The translations under genes and the position numbers were made by a program. Shown here piece by piece: positions 8,374 to 23,601 of a DNA stretch of 50,852 nt. Source of the stretch: Macrostomum lignano. Taxonomy: Eukaryota. The stretch covers positions 1 through 50,852 of the forward strand of contig NIVC01004312.1 of the NCBI GenBank assembly GCA_002269645.1, written 5' to 3'. Within the stretch, counting starts at the first letter, position 1. Each line of letters opens with the position of its first letter. Below the pieces are notes generated by a model, which worked only from the letters and a program-made list of their open reading frames with translations, was not told where the DNA came from and did not search any database.

Positions 8374-10332
8374 TTACTGCACACCGATGCAGGCCACCGG
8401 GTGGTACACCCCCCAGCACAGGCTGTACCGACGCCCGCCTCTCTTGTTGAGGCCAGTCGAGGTCAGCACGACTGACGGGATCAACTTCTGCAGGATTCCT
8501 TTTGGCAGGTTATGAGTAGCCTCGACATACTTCAGCTCATGCTTCACGTCGCCCAGCTGAAATTAGTGCAAAAAATATCACAGAATTGCTAAACCGTTGC
8601 AAAACTAGTTTCAAAGACTGCTAAACCAATCTTGACGACTGTTAAACCAATCTTGGCGATTGTTGAACTAATCTTGGCGATTGTTGAACTAATCTTGGCG
8701 ATTGTTGAACTAATCTTGGCGATTGTTGAACTAATCTTGGCGATTGTTGAACTAATCTTGGCGATTGTTGAACTAATCTTGGCGATTGTTGAACTAATCT
8801 TGGCGATTGTTGAACTAATCTTGGCGATTGTTGAACTAATCTTGGCGATTGTTAAACTAATCTTGGCGATTCTTAAACCAATCTTGACGACTGTTAAACC
8901 AATCTTGGCGATTGTTGAACTAATCTTGGCGATTTTTAAACTAATCTTGGCGATTGTAAACCAATCTTGGCGATTGTTAAACCAATCTTCACTATTGTTA
9001 AACTAATCTTGGCGATTGTTAAACTAATCTTGGCGATTGTTAAACCAATCTTGGCGATTATTAAACCAATCTTGGCGATTGTTAAACCAATTTTGGCGAT
9101 TGTTAAACCAATTTTGGCGATTGTTAAACTAATCTTGGAGATTGTTAAACCAATCTTGGCGATTGTTAAACCAATCTTGGCGATTGTTAAACTAATCTTG
9201 GAGATTATTAAACTAATCTTGGAGATTTTTAAACTAATCTTTGTGATTGTTAAACTAATCTTGGAGATTATTAAACTAATCTTGGAGATTGTTAAACTAA
9301 TATTGACGATTGTTAAACTAATCTTGGCGATTGTTAAACCAATCTTGACGATTGTTAAACTAATCTTGGAGATTGTTAAACCAATCTTGGCGATTGTTAA
9401 ACTAATCTTGGAGATTGTTAAACTAATATTGACGATTGTTAAACTAATCTTGGCGATTGTTAAACTAATATTGACGATTGTTAAACTAATATTGACGATT
9501 GTTAAACTAATATTGACGATTGTTAAACTAATCTTGGCGATTGTTAAACCAATCTTGGCGATTGTTAAACTAATCTTGGAGATTGTTAAACCAATCTTGG
9601 CGATTGTTAAACTAATCTTGGAGATTGTTAAACCAATCTTGGAGATTGTTAAACTAATATTGACGATTGTTAAACTAATCTTGGCGATTGTTAAACTAAT
9701 CTTGGCGATTGTTAAACTAATATTGACGATTGTTAAACTAATATTGACGATTGTTAAACTAATATTGACGATTGTTAAACTAATCTTGGCGATTGTTAAA
9801 CCAATCTTGGCGATTGTTAAACTAATCTTGGAGATTGTTAAACCAATCTTGGCGATTGTTAAACCAATTTTGGCGATTGTTAAACTAATCTTGGAGATTG
9901 TTAAACCAATCTTGGCGATTGTTAAACCAATTTTGGCGATTGTTAAACTAATCTTGGAGATTATTAAACTAATCTTGGTGATTGTTAAACTAATCTTGGA
10001 GATTATTAAACTAATCTTGGAGATTGTTAAACTAATCTTGGCGATTGTTAAACTAATCTTGGTGATTGTTAAACTAATCTTGGAGATTGTTAAACTAATC
10101 TTGGCGATTGTTAAACTAATATTGACGATTGTTAAACTAATCTTGGCGATTGTTAAACCAATCTTGGCGATTGTTAAACCAATCTTGGCGATTGTTAAAC
10201 TGATTTTGACGATTGTTAAACCAATCTTGTCACTCTCACCATCAGTTCCAGATTCTTATAGCGGCCAGCTGGCAGAGCCGAAAGCACCGTCGCCAGGCAG
10301 AGCAGAGCGAACGCCAAACCAATGCTGCTCAT
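8374..10332 (-). CDS. Two-exon secreted neuropeptide-like precursor, 91 aa (exons 10332-10240 and 8556-8374)
   Basis: Exon 1 [31 protein letters not shown] (signal peptide) ends at a GTGAGA donor. The TTTCAG acceptor gives phase-0 exon 2 [60 protein letters not shown]. Dibasic sites precede a two-Cys peptide. Confidence 0.85.
8620..10229. repeat. 21-bp minisatellite (AAACTAATCTTGGCGATTGTT)n filling the neuropeptide gene intron
   Basis: Direct inspection; causes the spurious 124-aa and 508-aa ORFs. Confidence 0.97.
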
Positions 10333-10413
10333 CTCGAGTGCTATCTGCAGTTGATGGAGAAAAACTCTGTCCAGTTATTGAGAAGATAGCAAGAGAGAGT
10401 GGAGAGTCTGGGC

Positions 10414-10448
10414 GAATGAAATTCTCGCTCCGAGTTGTTGCCTTTATA
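10414..10448 (-). promoter_or_regulatory. TATA box plus initiator of the neuropeptide-like gene
   Basis: TATAAAGG with first T at 10448 and TCATTC with A at 10417, i.e. TATA at -31, the canonical spacing. Confidence 0.75.
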
Positions 10449-10727
10449 GGCAAGCAGATCAAAAGGCCTGCATGGAACCCCCAGCTCTGTTAGTATCGGT
10501 TTTGTATTATAGAAATCAAAGAAATGCTTCGGTGTCTCAGGTGGCGTGCAAAATTGTGAACGATGCTCGCCTTTTTTTCTGTAGTTCTCTTTTCACCTGC
10601 CCACGTGGTTTTTTTGAAATAATCTTTTTTACCAACGAATAGCAGCAGTAAGAGCTTGTGATAAACAAATCCCCAGTTTCTGCAAGATGGAAAATTGCTG
10701 CGACTATGGGAATTAAAGAAGATGAAG

Positions 10728-11158
10728 TCTCCTGTTCTATCCCTGTTCTATCCCTGTTCCATCCCTGCTCTATCCCTGTTCTATTCCTGTTCTATCCCTG
10801 TTCTATCCCTGTTCCATCCCTGCTCTATCCCTGTTCTATTCCTGTTCTATCCCTGTTCTATCCCTGTTCCATCCCTGCTCTATCCCTGTTCTATCCCTGT
10901 TCCATCCCTGCTCTATCTCTGTTCTATTCCTGTTCTATTCACTGTTCTATCCCTGTTCCATCCCTGCTCTATCCCTCTTCTATTCCTGTTCTATTCACTG
11001 TTCTATCCCTGTTCCATCCCTGCTCTATCCCTGTTCTATTCCTGTTCTATCCCTTTTCTATCCCTGTTCCATCCCTGTTCTATCCCTGTTCTATCCCTGT
11101 TCTATCCCTTTTCTATCCCTGTTCTATCCCTGTTCTACTCCTGTTCTACTCCTCTGTT
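10728..11158. repeat. ~11-bp minisatellite (CCCTGTTCTAT)n
   Basis: Direct inspection. Confidence 0.95.
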
Positions 11159-11562
11159 CTACTTAATTTTTTCCAAATCGCGTGTATGTCTCCTTACCTA
11201 CTCTTCCATAGCCATTGCTTTGCTCTGTGGTCTAAATTTTCCTGTTGTGATGCAAAATTTTCAGGCATAAAAATGTTCCAGAATAAAGATCCTCTATAGG
11301 AATTTTCTATTCCTAGAGCTCGTAATCGCTAGCCCTGCTTGTGCGTCATTCGGGGTTCGCCGGGTCTACAGGTGGCAGCTGAAGCACCAATAGGCACTCA
11401 AAGCGAGGAAAATGCACCTGAGGGACACGGGGTGGATAAGTTAGAGGCGCCATTACATAGAGCTGCTCTTCATCGCTCTTCATCGCTGGCCATCTGGGCT
11501 GCCAGTTGCGCTGGGCTGGAATCCCAGAAACCGCTTTCGTAGCACCGGAACCTGACTTAGTC

Positions 11563-13453
<1,891 letters not shown>

Positions 13454-13681
13454 CTTTTGTCTCCGTTTTTTGTCTTCTGCAACCTGATTTCGATAAGTAG
13501 CAAGTGGAACGCCATGAGGAAAGCAAATAACATTTTTGCGATATTTCATCAACCTTTATGATATGATATTTAAAAAAAACCATCGATGGCATTGCAGATC
13601 AATTTCCTAGAAATATTACTCTCAGTAGGCAGGTAAGTGTCAGTCTCGAAAAAAGTATTTAGACAGACAGATAGATAGATA

Positions 13682-13919
13682 TACTCAGCAACATCGAAAA
13701 TTCGCCACTACGTAAGATTCCGTCTGGTCGCCAATTTTGAGAGTGCAGGTAGAGTCTCTAAATCTTGCGAGTGACGCAACTTAGCTACGCCACGCGGCAG
13801 ACTTGGGTTGAGGAATGAAGTGGGGGGAGCGGTGTGCGAGGGTTAAACGACGGATTAAAGTTACCCCTCAGTTTTCTCGTATCTTTTATTTCAGATAAGT
13901 CCAAGAGAGTTGCTGAGTA
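13682..13919. mobile_element. 238-bp Tc1/mariner-type MITE inserted into a (GATA)n tract
   Basis: 11-bp TIR TACTCAGCAAC/GTTGCTGAGTA flanked by TA on both sides; removing the element and one TA restores a perfect GATA array. Confidence 0.75.
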
Positions 13920-14687
<768 letters not shown>

Positions 14688-15338
14688 AATCAACAGGAAT
14701 GAACAGTTTCCAAAGTGCTTGCAACACTGCATTGCTCCATCCCTGATCTCAAGAGTTCAGACAAATGTCACTTTTTTTTAAAACAGAAGTTCCTCAAATT
14801 TCGACTCTGAGCGATGACAAGCCAAATCCACAGGGGAAGCTGGGCTGAGGAAATGCGAAGAGATGGAGAGTCAGTCAGCCGCAGAATATCTGTGCTGCTA
14901 ATCAAATATCACGCAGGATGCACTTTCTCTCCCCTGCCTGCCTGGCGCTGCTGTTTCCCCTCTCCCCTTTTTTCTCCCCGCAGGCGATTTGGCCATTCGG
15001 CCTTCGAATAGGGCGAGGGGAAGGCGTTGTCATGGCAACTAGCAGAGCTTGGGGAGCAGACTAAGGCGCTTTACTTCGTCTATGAGACGGCGCTTGGCTT
15101 TCTTCCCCGATTTCTCTCAGACCCGAAGCCAGCCAAATCCCAACTGGGCTCTGGTCTGCGTGACCTGACAAGTTCAATTTTCAGTTTAAAAGCGGCAGCG
15201 TAAGTTTAGACAGATAATGTTTTTAGTAGTGTAAACACAATGTTAATAATTGTTTGCATGCGTGTGAACAGAAACATTTAGTTTGCATGGAAACTTTAAG
15301 ACAGTTATTGCCATTGTTACAAGCATATTTAGATTGTT

Positions 15339-15609
15339 GTTGCCATGGAGACAAGCATACTGAGATTTGTTGTTGCCATTGCGACAAGCATACTGAGATT
15401 TGTTGTTGCCATGGAGACAAGCATACTGAGATTTGTTGTTGCCATGGAGACAAGCATACTGAGATTTGTAGTTGCCATTGAGACAACAATATCAGGATTG
15501 TTGTTGTCATGGCGACAAATTGTGATTGTTGTTGCCATGGAGACAAGCGTATTGAGATTGTTGTTACCATGGAGACAAGGCATTTTGAGATTGTCGTTGC
15601 CACGAGGAC
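15339..15609. promoter_or_regulatory. ~33-bp tandem repeat, each unit carrying an RFX X-box-like motif (GTTGCCATGGAGAC)
   Basis: Nine motif copies, at 15339, 15372, 15405, 15438, 15471, 15503, 15531, 15563 and 15596, plus a lone GTTGTCATGGCAAC at 15026. Confidence 0.55.
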
Positions 15610-16110
15610 AAACATCCTCAATATCTATACGATTGCACAGTCCAAGGTGTCAAATCAACCAAGGAGGGAAATATAAAATGCAGGCACAAGAACTAGACAA
15701 CCTCAGAACACCCTAAGGTGACCCTAAGGTGACTAAGGTGACCCACACTACTATGCAACAACTGAACAACAACAACAACAACAACAACAACAAATTGGAC
15801 CAACATGAACAGCGTGAAAAAACAATCCTAATTGGAGTGTTGCACCATTTCCGAAAATATCTCCAAAGTTTCTTTTTCAACAGGTTAGAAGGAGGGACAC
15901 CGTAGAAAGGCAAGACCATCACAGGTCATTCGAGGTCTTTCGCCATGATTCTTATGCACCCTGCCAGTAACTTTATCAGTAACAAACTTGCTAATCAAAC
16001 GACTAATGAGATTTTTAGGGCAGGTCTTTTCGCACTCAATGTTGATTTTAAGCTTAATTAACAATAATTAATTAACGATATTGCAGCCAGAGTCAGCCGG
16101 AGCCGCTCCC

Positions 16111-16986
16111 ATGGCCTCGGTCAGCCCCATCGCCTCCGTCGAGCAGTTCAGCGCAGATCTCCGCTCGTTGAACCGCTGCCTCGCCCAGTGCAAACTGCTG
16201 CTCCGCCAGCTCGGCACCCAGGTGGACGGTCGGCGACTTCGCGACGAGCTTCAATCGCTCCTGCTGGACCGCCTGCTAGCCGGGCTGTACACCGCCCGCG
16301 ATGCCATCCTGCCCGTCATGCTGCACACTGCGGACGATGGCAGCCCAGCCAGGCGGGACTGGGAGGCCCGCTACGCCACCCTGGTGCAGACGGCCGAGTC
16401 CGCCATAGACAATGCCGACCGGACAGCCGCTCTGGTGGCCAGAGCTCGGCCGGGTCAGCCGCCGGTGCTGACGGGCGTCACCGAGGCCTTCCGCACCGGC
16501 CGCAGGTCCATCTTCGGGCTGGGCGGCGGCGGCAGCGTTGGCGGCGGCAGCCGGGCCAGCTCCCTCAGATCGTCACGCCGCGGCTCCGTGTCGCGGGCGT
16601 CGCTGGCCAATCCGGACGCCGACGCTTCGGGTCCCTCGTCGGCGGCCGCTTCGACAACTGCTGCCGCGTCCGTCGAGGAAGCTGCATCGACCAACGTTGA
16701 GGAGGCGCTGGCGGAGCTCCGTCGCGAGACCGCTTCGGCTCGTGGGCTTGTTGAGCAGCTGCAGTCGGCTGTCAGCGTGGCGCACTGGACGGTGCAGCAC
16801 AGTCTGGAACTGGACTCGCTGTCTGCCGACGGTCTCGACGATGGCGACGATGATGGGGGTGATGAGGATCGAACAGCGGCAGCGGAAGCGGTGTCGGGGC
16901 GGAGAGATTCAAGGCGGTTTAGTCGGGCGAACGGAGGCGGCGGCAGCAACGGAGGCGGCCTGGGTGCCTGCGTTTGGTGCAAGTGA
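16111..16986 (+). CDS. RGS7-binding/RGS9-anchor (R7BP/R9AP)-like protein, 291 aa, single coding exon
   Basis: N-terminal syntaxin-like helices (LNRCLAQCKLLLRQLGTQVDGRRLRDELQ). C-terminal basic stretch then cysteines (RRDSRRFSR...ACVWCK*), as in palmitoylated R7BP. GC-rich codon use; AG acceptor at 16085-16086 just upstream. Confidence 0.7.
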   Translation: MASVSPIASVEQFSADLRSLNRCLAQCKLLLRQLGTQVDGRRLRDELQSLLLDRLLAGLYTARDAILPVMLHTADDGSPARRDWEARYATLVQTAESAIDNADRTAALVARARPGQPPVLTGVTEAFRTGRRSIFGLGGGGSVGGGSRASSLRSSRRGSVSRASLANPDADASGPSSAAASTTAAASVEEAASTNVEEALAELRRETASARGLVEQLQSAVSVAHWTVQHSLELDSLSADGLDDGDDDGGDEDRTAAAEAVSGRRDSRRFSRANGGGGSNGGGLGACVWCK

Positions 16987-16991
16987 CTGCG

Positions 16992-17273
16992 CACGGAGTG
17001 AGACACGGAGTGAGACACGGAGTGAGACACGGAGTGAGACACGGAGTGAGACACGGAGTGAGACACGGAGTGAGACACGGAGTGAGACACGGAGTGAGAC
17101 ACGGAGTGAGACACGGAGTGAGACACGGAGTGAGACACGGAGTGAGACACGGAGTGAGACACGGAGTGAGACACGGAGTGAGACACGGAGTGAGACACGG
17201 AGTGAGACACGGAGTGAGACACGGAGTGAGACACGGAGTGAGACACGGAGTGAGACACGGAGTGAGACACGGA
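16992..17273. repeat. 12-bp tandem repeat (CACGGAGTGAGA)n starting 5 bp after the stop codon
   Basis: Direct inspection. Confidence 0.97.
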
Positions 17274-18189
17274 GCTTTAGCTTAAAAAACTGGAATTCTT
17301 CTATCTCGCTAGACTGCAGATTTGGCCTTCAATTGTAATTTTCACAAATTTGAAGTTCGACGCCCTCTCAATACTGTGCGATGCTTATTTAAAATCGTAC
17401 GCAGTGTCCGTATTCTTATAACGTATCCTTTTTCTACATGTTTTCTATCCTTTTCAATAAGCCTGATGTCAGCCAGGCTTAATATACTTATACTTGTATT
17501 CTTTTTACCATACAATTCTATAGAGACTTGGACTAGAAGCCATTTTTTCCAAGAACCATGGACAACGTTTTTCTTAGAAATGAGCTTGGGGCGGTAAGGA
17601 ACGGATATTCGTCGCATCGAATCAAAATTGAATTCTGATAAAGAAATCGTAGACTCTGGCTGGCTTCCAGACCAATTATCCATGGATCCTTGATTTCCAT
17701 GCACTGAGCATCGGTTTCTCAGCTCCTGATCTTCCACTCAAGGACCACGTGAGTAGTAATAATAATAAGGTGGAACACTTGGAGATTATGGCATTTTTTA
17801 TAATATACTTTACTAGCTATCTCCAGCAACTAAAGATTATGTGTAATTTTCCAACTGGGTATGAAAAAGACACATAAAAGTGCACTCTACCGATTTTTGT
17901 CCGTCTGTCTGTCATTTAAATTTTGCTCTCACTAATTTAGACGCTTGTCTTAACTTAGCGAGGCTCAACTAAACTCTGTCACTGCCGGGCGCAGAGCTCG
18001 CGGAGAGTCTAACTTTTAAAATGGAAGCTTTTAAAAGACAGAGAGAGAGAAAGATTGGTGAAGAAGGCTGGGGATGGCGTCAGGGTTGAAGTGTCGAGGC
18101 GACTTAATTGACTCTTGAAGACAGGCAGACAGGGCGTTTGGGATTGGAAGCGACAGGGGAAAATAATTTAGATTTGGAGTGGGGACAGA

Positions 18190-19010
18190 GAGGGAGATAA
18201 GGAGGATGAATAAGGAGAGGGAGATAAGGAGAGGTACATGAGGAGAGGGAGATAAGGAGAATGAATAAGGAGAGGGAAATAAGGAGAATGAATAAGGAGA
18301 GGGAGATAAGGATAATGAATAAGGAGAGGGAGATAAGGAGAATGAATAAGGAGAGGGAAATAAGGAGAATGAATAAGGAGAGGGAGATAAGGAGAATGAA
18401 TAAGGAGAGGGAGATAAGGAGAGGTACATGAGGAGAGGGAGATAAGGAGAGGTAGATGAGGAGAGATAGATGAGGAGAGGTACATAAATAGAGGTACATA
18501 AGGAGAGGTAGATGAGGAGAGATAGATGAGGAGAGGTACATAAATAGAGGTAGATGAGGAGAGGTAGATGAGGAGAGGTACATAAGGAGAGGTAGGTAAG
18601 GAGAGGTACATAAGGAGAGGTAGATGAGGAGAGGTACATAAGGAGAGGTAGATAAGGAGAGGTACATAAGGAGAGGTAGATAAGGAGAGGGAAATGAGGA
18701 GAGGTACATAAGGAGAGGTACATAAGGAGAGGGAGATGAGGAGAGGTACATAAGGAGAGGTAGGTAAGGAGAGGTACATAAGGAGAGGTAGGTAAGGAGA
18801 GGTACATAAGGAGAGGTAGATGAGGAGAGGTACATAAGGAGAGGTAGGTAAGGAGAGGTAGATGAGGAGAGGTACATAAAGAGAGGTAGATAAGGAGAGG
18901 TACATAATGAGAGGTAGATGAGGAGAGGTACATAAGGAGAGGTAGATGAGGAGAGGTACATAAATAGAGGTAGATGAGGAGAGGTACATAAGGAGAGGTA
19001 GATGAGTGGA
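18190..19010. repeat. Purine-rich minisatellite (GGAGAGGTAGATGA-type units)
   Basis: Direct inspection. Confidence 0.95.
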
Positions 19011-19505
19011 GAGAGACAATGCGATCAAGTCCCAACTGAGCTCACTACAGAAGCACTAATATTCGTGCCCCACAGTCGCAGCACGAAGCAACAATTTACC
19101 TGACAATTAACAAAGAATAATCACACTGCGCACGGAAATGCCCTGCGTTCAGCCTGGAGGGAGAGGGGTTGGCAGATTTCCGCTACTCCCCCTGCTTAAG
19201 ATTTCTCACTGAGTCTCAAGGCGTATTCAAGGACCCGACTTATAATCCCCGTTCTTCCCTCCGGTCGCTCCTGTCTAACCGCTCTAATTAATTATCCCTT
19301 CAGGCTTCCTGCGTGCCCCCTCAAGCCGCTAGACTCCTCGCTCTTACTCACGAGCCGGCCGGACAGAGGTGGAACCCGGCAGGCAGGTAAAGGCGCTTTA
19401 ATGGAACGGCTTTTATGGCTAAAAAACTCGATTGCACGCACTGATTTCGCTTATGCTCGGTACTTTTTAAAGGGACTTTTTAGCTCTTAGCTCGATTCTA
19501 GCTGA

Positions 19506-20998
19506 GGATTGAGGACCCTGAGTCCTTCACGGCTCTCTTATCTGAGGACCCGAGTCCTTCACGGCTCTCTTATCTGAGGACCAGAGTCTTTCACGGCTCT
19601 CTTATCTGAGGACCCGACTCCTTCACAGCTCCCTTATCTGAGAACCCGTCTTTCACGGCTCTCTTATCTGAGGACCCGAGTCCTTCACGGCTCCCTTATC
19701 TGAGAACCCGTCTTTCACGGCTCTCTTATCTGAGGACCCGAGTCCTTCACGGCTCTCTTATCTGAGGACCCAAGTCCTTCACGGCTCTCTTATCTGAGGA
19801 CCAGAGTCCTTCACGGCTCTCTTATCTAAGGACCAGAGTCCTTCACGGCTCTCTTATCTGAGGACCAGAGTCCTTCACGGCTCTCTTATCTGAGGACCCG
19901 AGTCCTTCACGGCTCTCTTATCTGAGGACCAGACTCCTTCACGGCTCTCTTATCTGAGGACCAGAGTCCTTCACGGCTCTCTTATCTAAGGACCAGAGTC
20001 CTTCACGGCTCTCTTATCTGAGGACCAGAGTCCTTCACGGCTCTCTTATCTGAGGACGCGAGTCCTTCACGGCTCTCTTATCTGAGGACCCGAGTCCTTC
20101 ACGGCTCTCTTATCTGAGGACCAGAGTCCTTCACGGCTCTCTTATCTAAGGACCAGAGTCCTTCACGGCTCTCTTATCTGAGGACCAGAGTCCTTCACGG
20201 CTCTCTTATCTGAGGACCAGAGTCCTTCACGGCTCTCTTATCTGAGGACCCGAGTCCTTCACGGCTCTCTTATCTGAGGACCAGACTCCTTCACGGCTCT
20301 CTTATCTGAGGACCAGAGTCCTTCACGGCTCTCTTATCTGAGGACCAGAGTCCTTCACGGCTCTCTTATCTGAGGACCCGAGTCCTTCACGGCTCTCTTA
20401 TCTGAGGACCCGAGTCCTTCACGGCTCTCTTATCTGAGGACCAGACTCCTTCACGGCTCTCTTATCTGAGGACCAGAGTCTTTCACGGCTCTCTTATCTA
20501 AGGACCAGAGTCCTTCACGGCTCTCTTATCTGAGGACCAGAGTCCTTCACGGCTCTCTTATCTGAGGACCAGAGTCCTTCACGGCTCTTATATCTGAGGA
20601 CCAGAGTCCTTCACGGCTCTTATATCTGAGGACCAGAGTCCTTCACGGCTCTCTTATCTGAGGACCAGAGTCCTTCACGGCTCTCTTATCTGAGGACCAG
20701 AGTCCTTCACGGCTCTCTTATCTGAGGACCAGACTCCTTCACGGCTCTCTTATCTGAGGACCAGAGTCCTTCACGGCTCTTATATCTGAGGACCAGAGTC
20801 CTTCACGGCTCTCTTATCTGAGGACCAGAGTCCTTCACGGCTCTCTTATCTGAGGACCAGACTCCTTCACGGCTCTCTTATCTGAGGACCAGACTCCTTC
20901 ACGGCTCTCTTATCTGAGGACCAGAGTCCTTCACGGCTCTCTTATCTGAGGACCAGAGTCCTTCACGGCTCTCTTATCTGAGGACCAGAGTCCTTCAC
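19506..20998. repeat. 32-bp minisatellite (TGAGGACCAGAGTCCTTCACGGCTCTCTTATC)n
   Basis: Head-to-tail units with no spacers. Confidence 0.97.
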
Positions 20999-21855
20999 GT
21001 CCATTTATCCCATATCATGTCCTTGATATTTGACATATTATCTGAGGACCATGGCTACTCAAATTTCCTCAAAATCTGAGCAACATAAATGCAGTTCTTA
21101 CAATAATCCAAGGCCGAACTTTCCTCGAAATGTTGAGCTGCTGGAAGCACCTGTGATAGATTAGATGGTTCAGATAGAAATCCCAGAGATGTCCCCCAGT
21201 CTTTTCTCCGCATTCCCCCCTCCAAGATTCGAATCGCATCAAACTAAACTAGGAAATTTAGGATTATATTTTGCCACCTGTTTGTTCCAAGTCAGGTGTT
21301 CAATGAGCCAACTTATTTAATTTATCAAATCTTTTTACAGAGTCACGATTCACTATTCACAGAGATTCAATTCCATAATTGCTTTGGACTTTCTCTCTAA
21401 GTCCCAGGTAACCTAGGGATGCTGAAGGTTCAGGCCATATGGTGCATGAAATTTCCCGCGAGTTAAGGACTTCCTGTCTAGCTTAGCAGAATACTGAACT
21501 CAGATTGTAAGCAGAAAATACAAGAAGGAAATAAAGACAGACTCATATACCAGTTGAACATATCAAAGCTGTTTTATAGGAGTTAAGGGTTGACAGTTCC
21601 GAATCCCTAGTCCGCAGTTAATCCAAGCGCTGCGCTAGCTCGTACTGCAAGCGGATTATAAAAAACGTTTCCTTTGATGAAAAGCGAAATCGAGGGTACA
21701 AAAAATGACTTTGACTTTTCCCAATTAAATGAAGATCTCAATGATCCTACAGATAAGAGTAGATTCCACTGATTTAAATCTGATCACGACTTCTATTTTA
21801 TTCCGCTGGTTTTTGAACCATTCATCGTCGTGACAGACCGAAACAGCTAAAATAC

Positions 21856-21920
21856 AGACCGACAGACAGACAGACAGACAGAAAGACAGACAGACAGAAA
21901 GACAGACAAAAAGACAGACG

Positions 21921-21952
<32 letters not shown>

Positions 21953-21967
21953 CACACACACAGACAC

Positions 21968-22003
<36 letters not shown>

Positions 22004-22005
22004 TC

Positions 22006-22076
<71 letters not shown>

Positions 22077-22083
22077 AAGACAA

Positions 22084-22119
<36 letters not shown>

Positions 22120-22165
22120 TCAGACAGACAGACACACAGACAGACAGACAGACACACAGACAGAC

Positions 22166-22208
<43 letters not shown>

Positions 22209-22297
22209 GTCAAACAGACAGAAGACACACAGACAGACAGACAGACAGACAGACAGTCAAACAGACAGAAGACACACAGACAGACAGACAGACAGAC

Positions 22298-22344
<47 letters not shown>

Positions 22345-22437
22345 GTCAAACAGACAGAAGACACACAGACAGACAGACAGACAGACAGACAGTCAAACAG
22401 ACAGAAGACACACAGACAGACAGACAGACAGACAGAC

Positions 22438-22480
<43 letters not shown>

Positions 22481-22526
22481 GTCAAACAGACAGAAGACAC
22501 ACAGACAGACAGACAGACAGACAGAC

Positions 22527-22573
<47 letters not shown>

Positions 22574-22606
22574 GTCAAACAGACAGAAGACACACAGACA
22601 GACAGA
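21856..22606. repeat. (CAGA)n microsatellite
   Basis: Direct inspection. Confidence 0.97.
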
Positions 22607-23089
22607 TGGCAAAAAGAAGCAACGGGGAATTCAAGAACAGCAAGCCAGTTATCGCATAATGCAGTTAAGGCATCAAAGCCGAACGCGTCCTGCTATCAAT
22701 AGTACAAACATTACTCCAACACAGTTTTAATTAATTTATTTCTGCAGACAGTTGAGCCGTTCAGCGCCTTCACAAATGGTAGCACGGGAGTCCCGCGCCA
22801 ATAAGTTCAAGCATAAATAATATAAAAAGTTTGAGTAAGAAACCTGTGCAACTTAGTGCGAGTCAGTGGAAGTTAGAGCGCAATAAATCATTACAAAGTA
22901 CAAAATGAAGCAACATAAAGCATTTCTAGGCACGAGAAAGATTTGAACTCAGAAACTCACTGATAGGCAGGTAAGGAAGGAAAGTCGCAATCGAAAAAAA
23001 GTTGGTACTACTCAAATATCGACAAAGTACAAAGGTGCCAGTGAAAGCGACTCAAAATTTACGCAGTGCAACTGATCAACTTTGGTCAC

Positions 23090-23601
23090 TTGTAGATCAG
23101 GGGGGGTCAGTTGATCAGGTGGGTCAGTAGATCTAGTGGGTCAGTAAATCAGGTGGGTCAGCTGATCAGGTGGGTTAGTAGATCAGGTGGGTCAGATGAT
23201 CAGGTGGGTTAGTAGATCATGTGGGTCAGATGATCAGGTGGGTTAGTAGATCAGGTGGGTCAGATGATCAGGTGGGTCAGATGATCAGGTGGGTCAGATG
23301 ATAAGGTGGGTCAGTAGATCAGGTGAGTCAGTTGGTCAGTAGATTAGGTGGGTCAGTAGATCAGGTGGGTCAGTAGATTAGGTGGGTCAGTAGATCAGGT
23401 GGGTCAGTAGATTAGGTGGGTCAGTAGATCAGGTGGGTCAGTAGATTAGGTGGGTCAGCCGATCTAGTGGGTCAGTAGATTAGGTGGGTCAGATGATCAG
23501 GTGGGTCAGCTGATAAGGTGGGTCAGTAGATCAGGTGAGTCAGTTGGTCAGTAGATCTAGTGGGTCAGTAGATCAGGTGGGTCAGTAGATCAGGTGGGTC
23601 A
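23090..23601. repeat. 17-bp minisatellite (TCAGGTGGGTCAGTAGA)n
   Basis: Direct inspection. Confidence 0.95.

Noticed and set aside
8632-10493. 124-aa and 508-aa Ile/Val/Lys/Leu ORFs
   Set aside because: Stop-free frame of a 21-bp minisatellite lying in an intron on the opposite strand.
16188-17338. Alternative and antisense ORFs over the R7BP-like gene
   Set aside because: Shadows of a GC-rich CDS extended by the 12-bp repeat.
17342-17737. 131-aa minus-strand ORF
   Set aside because: Non-ATG start and no recognisable domain.
19506-20998. 32-bp repeat array as a CRISPR
   Set aside because: No unique spacers, no cas genes, eukaryotic context.
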